Of a stretch of 64,000 nucleotides of DNA, positions 30,153-39,468 are shown piece by piece. This stretch comes from Vulcanimicrobiota bacterium (GTDB taxonomy: Bacteria; Vulcanimicrobiota; Xenobia; Xenobiales; JADMJV01): NCBI GenBank assembly GCA_050250895.1, contig JBFWNU010000005.1, forward strand, positions 128,001 to 192,000, read 5' to 3'. Positions within the stretch are counted from its first letter, which is position 1. Every line of letters begins with the position of its first letter. Under the pieces are notes generated by a model. The model was not told the DNA's origin. It saw nothing but the letters and a program-made list of their open reading frames with translations, and ran no database searches. The translations under genes were made by a program, and so were the position numbers.

Positions 30153-30800
30153 ATGCACGGACTCATCCTGGCTGCCGAAGCGGCCACCAAACAAGAATCG
30201 CTCGACCGTCTGGCCGGGCACCCCGGCCTCGGGGAGCTGGCCGATCAGACCAGAACCGCCCGGGTGGGTCGCGATCAGATGAGCTTCGGTGAATTTGGAC
30301 ATCTGACCGTGGTGCCGCTCACCCCGGGCCTCGACCTCGAGGTGGCCGGCGAAATCACCCCCGCTCTGACCTCTTCGGCCCGCTTTCGTGAACTGCTAGG
30401 GCAGCGACTGTTCGAACTGTGCGGCCAGTTCGGACTCGATAACAACGAGACCGAAGCGGTTCTACTGGGTCGTGGCGCCCAGGCCCTGGCCAGCCAGCTC
30501 AACCTGATGAACCCCGTGGCTCGCGTGCACGCTGACGACCTGAGCCAGGTCGAGGCGCGCAATATCCTGCTGGTGCCGCTCTTTCCTGAAGATGGACCGC
30601 TGAAAGAGATGGGCCCCGTGGCGTCCGCGCTCGAGGGCACCCCTCGCCCCTTTGCCGTCGAGGCCGATGGTCGCACCTATGTGGTCGATCGACCTTTTCT
30701 TCACGACCCAGGGCTGGCGGCGGTGGTAGCCGATGTGGTGCGCTACCACCAGGCCATGAAAAAACGGCCCTCAGGCCGTCTTCGCTCTGCTATTGCCTAG
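30153..30800 (+). CDS. Hypothetical protein, possibly degenerate CbiX/SirB chelatase-like fold
   Basis: GGAG RBS; VVPL/LVPLF and PFLHDPGLAAVVAD resemble CbiX; metal-binding His residues not evident. Confidence 0.4.
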   Translation: MHGLILAAEAATKQESLDRLAGHPGLGELADQTRTARVGRDQMSFGEFGHLTVVPLTPGLDLEVAGEITPALTSSARFRELLGQRLFELCGQFGLDNNETEAVLLGRGAQALASQLNLMNPVARVHADDLSQVEARNILLVPLFPEDGPLKEMGPVASALEGTPRPFAVEADGRTYVVDRPFLHDPGLAAVVADVVRYHQAMKKRPSGRLRSAIA

Positions 30801-30803
30801 CAG

Positions 30804-31190
30804 CTAGCGTCGGTAGTAAGGCGCGATGGGCGAGTAAGGCACCGCCGGCCCGTTCCAGGTCGAATAACCCTGAAAGCCCGGGCCTCGACCCACTTCCCAC
30901 AGATACGGTGAGGAGTAGCCAGCGCCCATACCCAGGTTGTTGTTTACCTGCAGTTGCAGTTCACTTAGCCGTGTAGCGTGGAGCGGCTTGAGATCGAGCT
31001 TGTACGCTTCCATATTGGGCACGAACTGAAAGTTCGAGCCGTCCTGGATCAGCAGCCCGTCGCTCTGGTTGCCTACCACGGCCCCCTGCAAGTGCAGACC
31101 GTCGTCGATACAGTCAGTCTTGGTCTGCTCGGCCCAGGCGCTCGAGGCGGCCAGGCCGCAAATCAAGAGAGTTACGGCATATTTCTTCAT
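30804..31190 (-). CDS. Hypothetical secreted protein
   Basis: MKKYAVTLLICGLAASSAWA| signal peptide. Confidence 0.7.
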   Translation of the reverse strand: MKKYAVTLLICGLAASSAWAEQTKTDCIDDGLHLQGAVVGNQSDGLLIQDGSNFQFVPNMEAYKLDLKPLHATRLSELQLQVNNNLGMGAGYSSPYLWEVGRGPGFQGYSTWNGPAVPYSPIAPYYRR

Positions 31191-31265
31191 ATCATCCCAG
31201 TTAGCCGGCCGCTGCAGCTTTCCTCCATGGAGGGGCCGGCTCGTCTTTTGGCCAACCTTTTCGGC

Positions 31266-31991
31266 ATGAGCACGAACGCTGTAACCATCGAGTGGCGTGA
31301 CGAATTGCCGGTGGTCCGCATGGATGACGGCAAAGCCAACGCCCTGAACCCGGCCACCATGGCTTCTCTTTCCAAGGCCCTCGACGAGTGCGGCGACGCT
31401 CCGGCGGTGGTGCTGACCGGCAATCCCAAGCGGTTTAGCGGCGGGCTCGACCTGAAGGTCTTGCCCACCCTGCCCCAAGCAGAATTGGCCGATGCCCTCG
31501 AGCAATTCGGGGCTCTTTGCATGCGGTTGCTGGGCTTTCCCCGGCCGGTCATCGCGGCCGTGCCCGGGCACGCCGTGGCCGGAGGAGCGGTGATGCTGCT
31601 GACCTGCGATTATCGGCTGGCTGCCGATTGCGATTGCCGCATCGGCCTCAACGAGGTGGCCATCGGGGTGCCAATGCCCACCTTCGTGGTCGAGTTGGCC
31701 AAAGCGGTCTTACCCGTGTCGAGCTTGCGACCGGTCGTTCTTCACGGCCGTCTCTTCTGCCCTCGCGAGGCGCGCGAGGTCGGACTGATCGACGAGGTGT
31801 GCTCGCCTGACGACCTGCTGCCTCGCGCTCTCGACGTGGCTCGCGAACTCTCTCGTCTGCCTGATCCGGCCTACTCCCTGACGAAAAAGCGGATGCAGGC
31901 CCATCTCCAATCGACCCTCCACGGATTACCCGACGAACTCAACGTGTTCTTCACCGAGCAGGCCATGAACTACGCCTCTCGCTTCGGCTAA
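31266..31991 (+). CDS. Enoyl-CoA hydratase/isomerase (crotonase) family
   Basis: DDGKANAL, FSGGLDL, GHAVAGG, IGLNEVAIG. Confidence 0.92.
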   Translation: MSTNAVTIEWRDELPVVRMDDGKANALNPATMASLSKALDECGDAPAVVLTGNPKRFSGGLDLKVLPTLPQAELADALEQFGALCMRLLGFPRPVIAAVPGHAVAGGAVMLLTCDYRLAADCDCRIGLNEVAIGVPMPTFVVELAKAVLPVSSLRPVVLHGRLFCPREAREVGLIDEVCSPDDLLPRALDVARELSRLPDPAYSLTKKRMQAHLQSTLHGLPDELNVFFTEQAMNYASRFG

Positions 31992-31994
31992 GTC

Positions 31995-32340
31995 GTTCTT
32001 CCGCGCGGAACTGCAGGTCCCGCGGCGTTGGCCTGGCGCCGGTCCGTCTCGGCGGCGGGTTCGATCCGGTCTCGGCAATCCTGACGTGGTCAGGACTTCC
32101 AGGTGGAAGTCCGGCGGGTCTGTCTGACTTGGGGGCGGCGATCTGGTCTCGGCGGCGGCTGGGACGATTCGTCTCGGCATCCCGGACCTGGCCGCGTCTC
32201 GAATCGCTCGTCTGACCCGCCGACCCTTGCCTGGCGTGGCGGCGGCTGAGCCCGTCCGTCTCGGCGGCGGCGGGGTCGATTCGGCCGCGGCAACCCTGAC
32301 CGGGCCGGGCCTGGAATCGCTCTTCCGGGCGGAAGTCCCG
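31995..32340. repeat. REP/BIME-like degenerate repeat cluster
   Basis: Three units beginning GTCTCGGCGGCGG (~32046, ~32146, ~32258); CTTCC-N4-GGAA palindromes at 31998, 32096 and 32322. Confidence 0.6.
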
Positions 32341-32386
32341 GCGTGGGGCTCAAGCCAAGCCAGAAATTGCCGATATAGAGGATGCA

Positions 32387-32854
32387 ATGACAGGGACGCT
32401 ACTTATAGGGCTGGCCGGAGTGGTGGCCGCCAGCCGCGTGACCAAACCACTACCCGGCCGGGCCGCCAGCCTGCTGCGCGTGCTGATTCCCTCGTGGCGC
32501 TTCTTCGAGGATGTCTGCGAGCAACCCAGCCTCTACATCCGCAACGGCGTTTCGCCCACGCAGATGGGCCCGTGGCGCGAGTGCCTGCCGGTCGCCTCTC
32601 CCCAGGTGCTCGATTTGGTCAGCAATCCCGAAGGCAACCTGGCTCTGGCCTGCAACGGGGTGCTCCAACAGCTATTGGCCGACTCGGCCTGGATGAATGC
32701 GGACGAACTCCACCAGTCCGTCAGCTATCGCCTGACGCGCCAGCTAGTCATCTATTTTCAGCGGCCCGAGGGCTACTTCCAGTTTAAGCTGTGCGCAGCT
32801 CTTCCCGGCCGCGAGCCCGAGGATGTGGTGATCTCCTCGTTGCATCTGGCTTGA
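32387..32854 (+). CDS. SdpA/DUF5819-like protein
   Basis: N-terminal TM and IPSWRFF motif; TTGA-coupled to the HTTM gene. Confidence 0.5.
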   Translation: MTGTLLIGLAGVVAASRVTKPLPGRAASLLRVLIPSWRFFEDVCEQPSLYIRNGVSPTQMGPWRECLPVASPQVLDLVSNPEGNLALACNGVLQQLLADSAWMNADELHQSVSYRLTRQLVIYFQRPEGYFQFKLCAALPGREPEDVVISSLHLA

Positions 32855-33579
32855 CCGCTCTGCTCTTGACTCAGCGTCTGGTGGCGCTGTCCGTGCTTCT
32901 TCAGACGATCGAGCTGGGGCGACTGCGAGGGGCGGTTAGCGACCAGGGGATCTGGCCCTGGCAGGTGCTGCGCGACGACTTTGAGGGCTGTCCTGGCTGG
33001 GTCCGCCGTGTTCTTGATCTGACCCTGGCTTACCCCAACTTCCTGGGGTTGCTGGCGCTCCAGGCATTGGCTTCGCTAGCTCTGTTTTGGTGGCTCGGGG
33101 CCGCGCCCGTGCTGGTGCTCACGACCGTGCTTATCAGCCTGCGCTGGCGGGGAGCTTTCAACGGCGGCAGTGATTACATGACGGTCACGGTGCTGCTGGC
33201 CCTGGCCGTGGCGGCAATCGTCCATCACCCGGTGATGACGCTGGCCTGTCTTTGGTATGTGGCCCTGCAGTGCTGCCTTTCCTACTTTGTGGCCGGTATC
33301 GTAAAGTTGAATCGGGCCAACTGGCGCAACGGCCGGGCTCTGTCGGCCTTTACGGGCGGCCGGCTGGGCCCGCCCCGGGCTGCTCGTCTGTCGTGGGCGG
33401 TGATCGGCTTTCAGTGCGCCTTTCCGCTGGTTCTGCTCGTGCCCGAACTGGGTCCAGTGTTCGTGCTGGGAGCAGTGGGTTTTCATCTGGCCAATTTCTA
33501 CTTTTTGGGGCTCAATCGGTTTTTCTGGGCCTGGCTCGCCACCTATCCGGCTCTTTTTTACTGCGCGGGCTATCGGTAG
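32851..33579 (+). CDS. HTTM-domain (SdpB-like) membrane protein
   Basis: NGGSD, YFVAGIVKL..WRNG, FHLANFYFLGLNRFFWAW. Confidence 0.75.
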   Translation: MTALLLTQRLVALSVLLQTIELGRLRGAVSDQGIWPWQVLRDDFEGCPGWVRRVLDLTLAYPNFLGLLALQALASLALFWWLGAAPVLVLTTVLISLRWRGAFNGGSDYMTVTVLLALAVAAIVHHPVMTLACLWYVALQCCLSYFVAGIVKLNRANWRNGRALSAFTGGRLGPPRAARLSWAVIGFQCAFPLVLLVPELGPVFVLGAVGFHLANFYFLGLNRFFWAWLATYPALFYCAGYR

Positions 33580-33938
33580 GGATCGAACGGCTCGTCAGCT
33601 CCGAGTGTGCAGCCGGGCGGGGCGCGGAAGTGGGCTTCGTGAGCGCCCTGGCAGACGATGGTGAGGTCCCAGGGAACATCTCCAGGGTCGAGCGCATAGC
33701 CGGCGGTTCTGGTGGTGGGGCAGGTCGGTAGGGTTTTGAAGTAGTTCGGGGTGAGAAGGGCGAGATTGGGTGGGTAGTGGCCCGACCAGTCGGTGGAATA
33801 CATCTCTATTTGCGTCCGCAACTCGGCCAGATTCAGCTTGCAGATATCGAGGTCGGCAACCTCTTCCTGGTGGTAGGCCCAGGCCATTGCCAGGGCCGTC
33901 AAACTCGACAGAGTGAAGGCGACTAGCACGTGCTTCAC
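33570..33938 (-). CDS. Pilin-head paralog 1 (TM + GspG/pilin-like head)
   Basis: CKLNL..IEMYSTDWSGHYP..LTPNYFKTLPTCP; GTGA-coupled to paralog 2. Confidence 0.75.
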   Translation of the reverse strand: MKHVLVAFTLSSLTALAMAWAYHQEEVADLDICKLNLAELRTQIEMYSTDWSGHYPPNLALLTPNYFKTLPTCPTTRTAGYALDPGDVPWDLTIVCQGAHEAHFRAPPGCTLGADEPFDPYR

Positions 33939-34381
33939 GGGCGATCCAGGTAACCTTCGCGGGAGCCCCAGCGGGGATAGCCCGGGGGCGAGCCGGTATG
34001 GTGATGGTCGCCCAGGCAGATCAAAACGTAGTCTTCTCCAGAGCGCTCGTAGAGATAGGTTTGCGAGCAGGTCGGCAAGGCCTTGAGATAGTCGGGCACC
34101 AACTCTTCCAGGTGATCGGGCAGTCGCTGGTCGTGCTCGGCGGCGTACATCTCGAGCCCGGTCGAAAGGGTCTTGAGGTTCGAGGCGCAGTTGGAGCGGC
34201 GTCCCTGGTGGTGGGCATGCAGCACGGGCCGACCGATCAGCCCGACTAGCAACAGGGCGATGGCCACATTGAACAACGTGAGCAAACTGGCACCTCGCAG
34301 CCGATAGCCTTCCGAGCCGCACCGTGGGCAGTAAGGCGAGTCGTCGTAACTGTGCTGGCAAACGAGGCAGGTGCGTAGCAT
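33935..34381 (-). CDS. Pilin-head paralog 2 (Zn-ribbon + TM + head)
   Basis: CLVC..CPRC, TM, CASNLK..LEMY..LVPDYLKALPTC. Confidence 0.8.
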   Translation of the reverse strand: MLRTCLVCQHSYDDSPYCPRCGSEGYRLRGASLLTLFNVAIALLLVGLIGRPVLHAHHQGRRSNCASNLKTLSTGLEMYAAEHDQRLPDHLEELVPDYLKALPTCSQTYLYERSGEDYVLICLGDHHHTGSPPGYPRWGSREGYLDRP

Positions 34382-34389
34382 GTCCGGAA

Positions 34390-34415
34390 TACGCCCGAGC
34401 CCAGCCGGCGGTTCA
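34390..34415 (-). promoter_or_regulatory. ECF-type promoter TGAACC-N16-CGTA
   Basis: Exact motif, 8 nt before ATG 34381. Confidence 0.8.
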
Positions 34416-34507
34416 CATGATCGAAAAAGCGCTCGTTTTCAGGTTTTATGCGGTTTGAAGGAAACTGCGAGTTTACCCGGAAGCACCCAGGCCTGTTGGG
34501 AGGATAT

Positions 34508-35137
34508 ATGAAAAAGTTATTTCATTGCAGTCTCGCGCTTTTGGCGCTGACGCTCATTCTGGTCGGTTGCGGCGAAAGTGAAAAGGTCCAGGTGACCAAC
34601 TATATCAAAGCCGTCGACGAGTACGACCAGGAAGTGAAAACAATGGCCGACAAAATGAAGTCGGACATGGAAGGCATGAACCAGGCCATGCAGCAAGGCG
34701 ACTTCAAAGTCGAAGAGATGAAAGCCAAGCTGGCCGAGTTCAAAAAGTCCCTGGAAGATAACAAAGCCAAAATGGCTGCCCTGAAGGTTCCTGAAAAGGC
34801 CCAGGCGATGCACGACGCCGGTCTGGCTCGCTATGACGCGGCTTTGCAGCTGGTCGCCAAAGTCGACCAGATGGTCGACGTGGTCGGTGGCCTGGCCGAG
34901 ATCATGAAGAAGGTCAAAGCGAACCCGAAAGAAGCCGCCAAGTATCAGGGTGAAGTCAAAGAAGCGATCGGCAAGATCCAGCCGATGGCTCAAGAGCTTC
35001 AGGAGATCGGCAAAAAGGGTGACGAATACGAAAAGACCATGAAGGCCGAGAAGAAGAAGCTCATCGAAGAGTTCCAAATCACCGAAGTCGCAGCCGAAAC
35101 CCCGGCTGGCGACGAGGGCGAAGGCGCCGCCGAGTAA
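34508..35137 (+). CDS. Coiled-coil lipoprotein
   Basis: Lipobox LVG|C; GGAGG RBS; K/E/M-rich helices. Confidence 0.85.
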   Translation: MKKLFHCSLALLALTLILVGCGESEKVQVTNYIKAVDEYDQEVKTMADKMKSDMEGMNQAMQQGDFKVEEMKAKLAEFKKSLEDNKAKMAALKVPEKAQAMHDAGLARYDAALQLVAKVDQMVDVVGGLAEIMKKVKANPKEAAKYQGEVKEAIGKIQPMAQELQEIGKKGDEYEKTMKAEKKKLIEEFQITEVAAETPAGDEGEGAAE

Positions 35138-35159
35138 AGGCGAGTCTTCTCACGCAAAG

Positions 35160-35186
35160 AGCCGGTCGTTTGACCGGCTTTTTTTT
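35160..35186 (+). terminator. Intrinsic terminator
   Basis: AGCCGGTC-GTTT-GACCGGCT followed by T-run. Confidence 0.85.
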
Positions 35187-36351
35187 ATGGCCCGTCGAGG
35201 CTCCAGCCGACGCCCACCGGGGGATCGACGGAGCGGTCGAAGACCTTGCGGGCTTGAGGGTCGTAAGGAACACCGGTAATGTCGGCTTTCAACGCGCCCA
35301 GGGTTTGATGTAGGTCTTCGGTCAGCTTGCGGACTCCCTCTTTCGAGTCGGAGCCTGGGGGGAAGTAGGGACTGACGGGGATTGGGTCGCCCACTTTGAC
35401 CCGGGCGATGGGACGGTTGCGCCATCCTTCCGAGATACCGACGGTGGCGGCGGCACCGGTGAGGCCGGTGATGGCCAAACTCGAAGGGTTGGTGACTCCC
35501 AGGACGCCGCCCGCCAGAGCTCCGGCGGCAAGCCCGGCGGCTCCGGCTTTTAGCCCGGCAAAATACTTGGGGAAAGGGTCGCACCATTCGGGATTGGGAG
35601 TCAGGGCTCGGGCGGCGGCGCCCGCTCCGTAGAGCCCGGTCAGACCGCCGGTGATGGCTCCGGCCACGGCCCGGGTGAGCGGGTCGCCGGCCATGGCCGC
35701 CACACTGCCGGCGGCAACCAGGGCGGCGGCGGCCCATCCGGCCAACCGCTCGCCGGTGCGAGGCTTATCGTTGGCGACATAATCCATGGCGATGGGCACG
35801 ATCGACTCGGCTCCCGAGTGATGCGCGATGAAGGCCGAGCCCTGCTTGAGGCGGTCGACGTGATTGCGATCTTCAGAAATTTTTCCTTCGGGAAAGATGA
35901 CCAGACCTTTGCCCTGTTTCACCACGTCAATGGCATGACGCACGGTGCGCATGCGACCCCAGTTGAGGTCGGTGGGAAAGGCTCCCGACCAGCTCATCAC
36001 TTTGCCGCGCAAGCCATCAAAGACGTTCTCGGCGGCCACATAGCGCAGGTCCCGATCGCTGAGCACCGCCATCACCGGTGGGTCGAAGAAGGTCGGATGG
36101 GTGGGGCAGTAGAGGTGCTTGCCTGTGTGAGGAACCTTTTCGGTGCCTTCGGCCTCGACCCGATAGGCCATCGCCACCAGGGCCTTGGAAATGGGACGGA
36201 GCAGCCACTGGTGCTTCATCTGCGAAAAGCCATCGGCAGGACCGGTGTAGTTGTCGACCTGGAGGCCAAACTGATTCTCGGGCGGCGGAGGAGGATACTC
36301 AGGCCGGGCTTGGGCCGGAGCTCCGTTGGCGTGGTGAGCTCGGATCTGCAT
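35185..36351 (-). CDS. Lysophospholipid acyltransferase (PlsC family) with hydrophobic insert
   Basis: HPTFFD (HX4D), IFPEG. Confidence 0.85.
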   Translation of the reverse strand: MQIRAHHANGAPAQARPEYPPPPPENQFGLQVDNYTGPADGFSQMKHQWLLRPISKALVAMAYRVEAEGTEKVPHTGKHLYCPTHPTFFDPPVMAVLSDRDLRYVAAENVFDGLRGKVMSWSGAFPTDLNWGRMRTVRHAIDVVKQGKGLVIFPEGKISEDRNHVDRLKQGSAFIAHHSGAESIVPIAMDYVANDKPRTGERLAGWAAAALVAAGSVAAMAGDPLTRAVAGAITGGLTGLYGAGAAARALTPNPEWCDPFPKYFAGLKAGAAGLAAGALAGGVLGVTNPSSLAITGLTGAAATVGISEGWRNRPIARVKVGDPIPVSPYFPPGSDSKEGVRKLTEDLHQTLGALKADITGVPYDPQARKVFDRSVDPPVGVGWSLDGP

Positions 36352-36414
36352 GATAGTAGCAGCCTAAACCCTTACCATGAAAGAAACATTAAATCCACGG
36401 CGAAGGGCCCGACC

Positions 36415-37656
36415 ATGCGGCGCTTTGAGGATGGTCAGGCTGGCAAGTTCTACGAGGTCGAGTTGGTGGCCAACGAGTTGCACTCGCGGGCCGGACAGCT
36501 CGGCAAAGCAGGGCGCCGGACCGTCAAAGTGCACGAGGACGAAGCCCGGGCCATGGCGGCTCTCGAGAAGAAGGTGGCCGAGAAACTTAAGCAGGGCTTT
36601 CGTGAGGTCGCCCCGGGGCTGCCCGATGAAAGCGGGGTGCGTCTTCCCGACGGCTGGCTCAAGCTTGTCCTGCCACGCCAGGGCGGACGCTGGCGACCCC
36701 GCTTGCTGACTCTGCCCATCGACGAGGCCCTGGCCCTGGGTCGTCAGAAGCTCGAGCAATCCCCTCCTCACGCTGCGCCCCGCTGGAAGGCAGCGCTGGC
36801 AGCGTTTTCGCGCGGGGACGAGGCCACCCTGGAAGAGGCGGCCGCCATGGGCTGGGCCCTGGCCCACGCCCGCGACGCCTCGAAGGCCCGCCGGGCTCTG
36901 GTCGACTTTTGGATGCAGAAGTACGATCCGGCTCTGGCCACCGCCGCTATCATGGAGACCGACCTGCTGATGGAGCGTCACGCCGAGCGTCCCGACCCGA
37001 GCTGGGATGTCGACTATTTCTATCGCCTTCGCAAGCACCTGGGCCTGGCCGAACCCGAGGGCTATCGTTTGGCTTTGCAGGTGGCGGCCGAGCGCCGCAA
37101 AGCCATCAGCGTCACCAGCCGAGTCCGCACCGCTTTTCTTTTTCCCACCGAGAAGCGCTGGTTGCTGCAAGATCTCGACCGCGTCAGCCCGACCGATTTT
37201 CGCTGGCTGGTAGGCTGTGTCGGCGACCCCGAAACGGCCACTCGCGTGCTGGCCCGCGGGGGTTTGGGCTGTCTGGTCAGCTCGGCCCACAATCTGGTTC
37301 CGACCCTGCTCGATGGTCTGGGCGCCGGGGCGGCCGCGGTCCTGGCCGAATTCGTCGACGACCGCAGGCTCGAGTCTGACGCCGTCGGGCCTCTGGCCCG
37401 CGCCCTGGCGGCCATTCCCCGACCGGAAGCTCTTGACAGTCTGCTGAGGATGGTCCGCCACCACAAGCGTGCCCGGCCCGCTCTGGAAGAGGCTCTGGAA
37501 CGCTTCCCGCGTCTTGGACTAGAGATTCTCAGCCGGCACCAGGTCGAGCAGGGGCTGGCTCAGGCCACTCTCGAACGCCACCCTCAGGCTCTAGAGGCCA
37601 TCCGCGATCACCTTAGTCAGCCTCAACTCGCCTTTCTGTCTAAGGTCGCTCGATAA
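36415..37656 (+). CDS. WGR-domain protein with helical C-terminal region
   Basis: KFYEV..GQLGKAG..EKLKQGFREV. Confidence 0.75.
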   Translation: MRRFEDGQAGKFYEVELVANELHSRAGQLGKAGRRTVKVHEDEARAMAALEKKVAEKLKQGFREVAPGLPDESGVRLPDGWLKLVLPRQGGRWRPRLLTLPIDEALALGRQKLEQSPPHAAPRWKAALAAFSRGDEATLEEAAAMGWALAHARDASKARRALVDFWMQKYDPALATAAIMETDLLMERHAERPDPSWDVDYFYRLRKHLGLAEPEGYRLALQVAAERRKAISVTSRVRTAFLFPTEKRWLLQDLDRVSPTDFRWLVGCVGDPETATRVLARGGLGCLVSSAHNLVPTLLDGLGAGAAAVLAEFVDDRRLESDAVGPLARALAAIPRPEALDSLLRMVRHHKRARPALEEALERFPRLGLEILSRHQVEQGLAQATLERHPQALEAIRDHLSQPQLAFLSKVAR

Positions 37657-38116
37657 GTCCCTGGACCGCGGTATACTGCGGATAGTTAGCCGTTCTGATG
37701 CTGGCCGAGTGGTGGTTCTCGCCTCGGCAGAAGATGGTGTACGCGTCTGGTTCGGCGTGCCACCGATAGGTGGACGTATAGGTATCGCTGCCGGCCCCTG
37801 GACAGGTGGGCACGGTTTTAAGATAGTTGGGCGTAAGCAGCCGGATATCGGGCGGGTAGCGGCCTGACCAGTCCGTGGAATACATCTCTAGCGCGGTACC
37901 CATGTTCTTGAGGTTGGATTTGCAGGCGGTAAGCATTCCTCGACTGGGAGCGCGGGTAAAGTTGGGCACGACCACGGCCGCCAGCAGCAACGAGGCCAGC
38001 CCCGAGAGCAGGCCGTAGAGCCACCAGTCGACCTCGGTGAGCACTTTCTCGCAATCGCAGCGAGGACAACGGCGCTGGCCGTGGATTAGCTTGCATTCGG
38101 CACATCGGCGTTTCAT
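37640..38116 (-). CDS. Pilin-head paralog 3 (Zn-ribbon + TM + head)
   Basis: CAEC..CPRC, TM, VPNF..ACKSNLKNMGTALEMYSTDWSGRYP..GLIERP. Confidence 0.85.
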   Translation of the reverse strand: MKRRCAECKLIHGQRRCPRCDCEKVLTEVDWWLYGLLSGLASLLLAAVVVPNFTRAPSRGMLTACKSNLKNMGTALEMYSTDWSGRYPPDIRLLTPNYLKTVPTCPGAGSDTYTSTYRWHAEPDAYTIFCRGENHHSASIRTANYPQYTAVQGLIERP

Positions 38117-38124
38117 GTCAAGAC

Positions 38125-38150
38125 TACGCCGCTCGAGCCGGACGGGTTCA
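38125..38150 (-). promoter_or_regulatory. ECF-type promoter TGAACC-N16-CGTA
   Basis: Exact motif, 8 nt before ATG 38116. Confidence 0.8.
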
Positions 38151-38181
38151 ATTTCTATGGTCTCTCGGGCCGCCGGTTACT

Positions 38182-38207
38182 TGAACCGCAGCCCGTCCAC
38201 CGGCGTA
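38182..38207 (+). promoter_or_regulatory. ECF-type promoter TGAACC-N16-CGTA
   Basis: Exact motif, 8 nt before GTG 38216. Confidence 0.8.
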
Positions 38208-38215
38208 GGCCAAGC

Positions 38216-38332
38216 GTGGACGCTTTCAAAGACCTGGTCATCGCAGCAATCCTGGCCGGGATTGCCATCGAAGTCGGTTTTGCTGGACAGCCCATTTGCC
38301 GAGCCTACCGCAGCACTCTCGAGTGCCCCTGA
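38216..38332 (+). CDS. 38-aa single-TM micropeptide (not in ORF track)
   Basis: MDAFKDLVIAAILAGIAIEVGFAGQPICRAYRSTLECP*; TGATG-coupled to paralog 4. Confidence 0.6.
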   Translation: MDAFKDLVIAAILAGIAIEVGFAGQPICRAYRSTLECP

Positions 38333-38736
38333 TGGATGACGACTTCTATCAGGACTGCATGACTACGCTGGTGCTAGCCGCTTGCGCGCTCTTGACCTGG
38401 TCCTTCGCTGCAGGTGTGGTGCGCCACCGGGCCCAGGGCCGGTTAATGGCTTGCAAGTCGAACCTGAAGGGCATCGGCACGGCCCTAGAAATGTACTCGA
38501 CGGATTGGTGCGGGCGTTACCCCACCAACATCAACCTGGTCACCCCGAACTATCTAAAGACCTTGCCGACTTGCCCCGGCGCCCGTAGTGACAGCTATAG
38601 CGCCAGTTACCAGTCGACCTCTCGACCCGATGTCTACACCCTCTACTGCCAGGGAATGAACCACTGCGAAGCCGGCTTCATCGAGCCGAATTACCCTCGA
38701 TATCAGGCAATTTCTGGGGTCCTGGAGCGCCCTTAG
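38332..38736 (+). CDS. Pilin-head paralog 4
   Basis: TM, RAQGRLMACKSNLKGIGTALEMYSTD..GVLERP. Confidence 0.85.
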   Translation: MDDDFYQDCMTTLVLAACALLTWSFAAGVVRHRAQGRLMACKSNLKGIGTALEMYSTDWCGRYPTNINLVTPNYLKTLPTCPGARSDSYSASYQSTSRPDVYTLYCQGMNHCEAGFIEPNYPRYQAISGVLERP

Positions 38737-39098
38737 CTCTTGGCGCTGAGTTCGGGCAGTTCGGCCCCCAGGGCTGTGGCCACCGCCTCGAGTTCGTCTT
38801 TTTCGACCGAGGCGACCATGTCGTCGGCGCTGGCGATGGCGGCCAGGTAGTCGAGCACTTGCTTTTTGCCGGCTTCGTCGACCAGTTCGCGGAAGACGCA
38901 GGCCAGCTCATAGGCCGGCGGCAGCTGCGAAATGCCATCGAGGAGTGTCTCGAAGGTCATAGGGGCAAACGACGGAAACATCTTGACTCCCAGGCTGGTA
39001 GCCACCGCCATCTCGGACTTTTCTAGCTTGCCGTCGACAGCAATCAGGGAAGCGGCCAGGGCTGCCGCGATGGTGGGGATATCTGCGTGTAGATCCAT
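38733..39098 (-). CDS. TerB-family protein
   Basis: IAVDGKLEKSE and IASADDMVASVE duplicated motifs. Confidence 0.8.
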   Translation of the reverse strand: MDLHADIPTIAAALAASLIAVDGKLEKSEMAVATSLGVKMFPSFAPMTFETLLDGISQLPPAYELACVFRELVDEAGKKQVLDYLAAIASADDMVASVEKDELEAVATALGAELPELSAKS

Positions 39099-39177
39099 GA
39101 AAACGACCCTCCTCGAGATGAGGGGTTCTTTAAGGCAAACCCACGCCGATCCCTGCCGAACAGCCACAGGAAACGGC

Positions 39178-39426
39178 TCAGGGTCGCTCGATCAGGCCCT
39201 CAACAGCCGCGTATCCGGGATACTCGGCGGGATCAATGGCGGCTCCCTGATGGCTCGTGGTGCTACAGTATATCGTGTAGGCGTCGGGTAGCAGGGCCGT
39301 CCTCTCGGGTGCGCGACTCGCCAGGGAGCAGTTGTCGGCGCTGGGAATGGGACGAGGGGAAAGGCCGACCAGCAGGCTCGAGAGCAGCAAGGCCACGGCC
39401 AACCAGGAAAAATCGGACTTCTTCAC
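39178..39426 (-). CDS. Internally deleted pilin-head paralog 5 (possible pseudogene)
   Basis: TM then directly PDAYTIYC..H..YPGY..EGLIERP; core helix missing. Confidence 0.65.
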   Translation of the reverse strand: MKKSDFSWLAVALLLSSLLVGLSPRPIPSADNCSLASRAPERTALLPDAYTIYCSTTSHQGAAIDPAEYPGYAAVEGLIERP

Positions 39427-39434
39427 CGTCTGGC

Positions 39435-39460
39435 TACGCACCGCGTCGTCGACCGGTTCA
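39435..39460 (-). promoter_or_regulatory. ECF-type promoter TGAACC-N16-CGTA
   Basis: Exact motif, 8 nt before GTG 39426. Confidence 0.8.
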
Positions 39461-39468
39461 AAACGAGG

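Noticed and set aside
31995-32340. CRISPR array
   Set aside because: Repeats are degenerate, have no regular spacers, and no cas genes are present.
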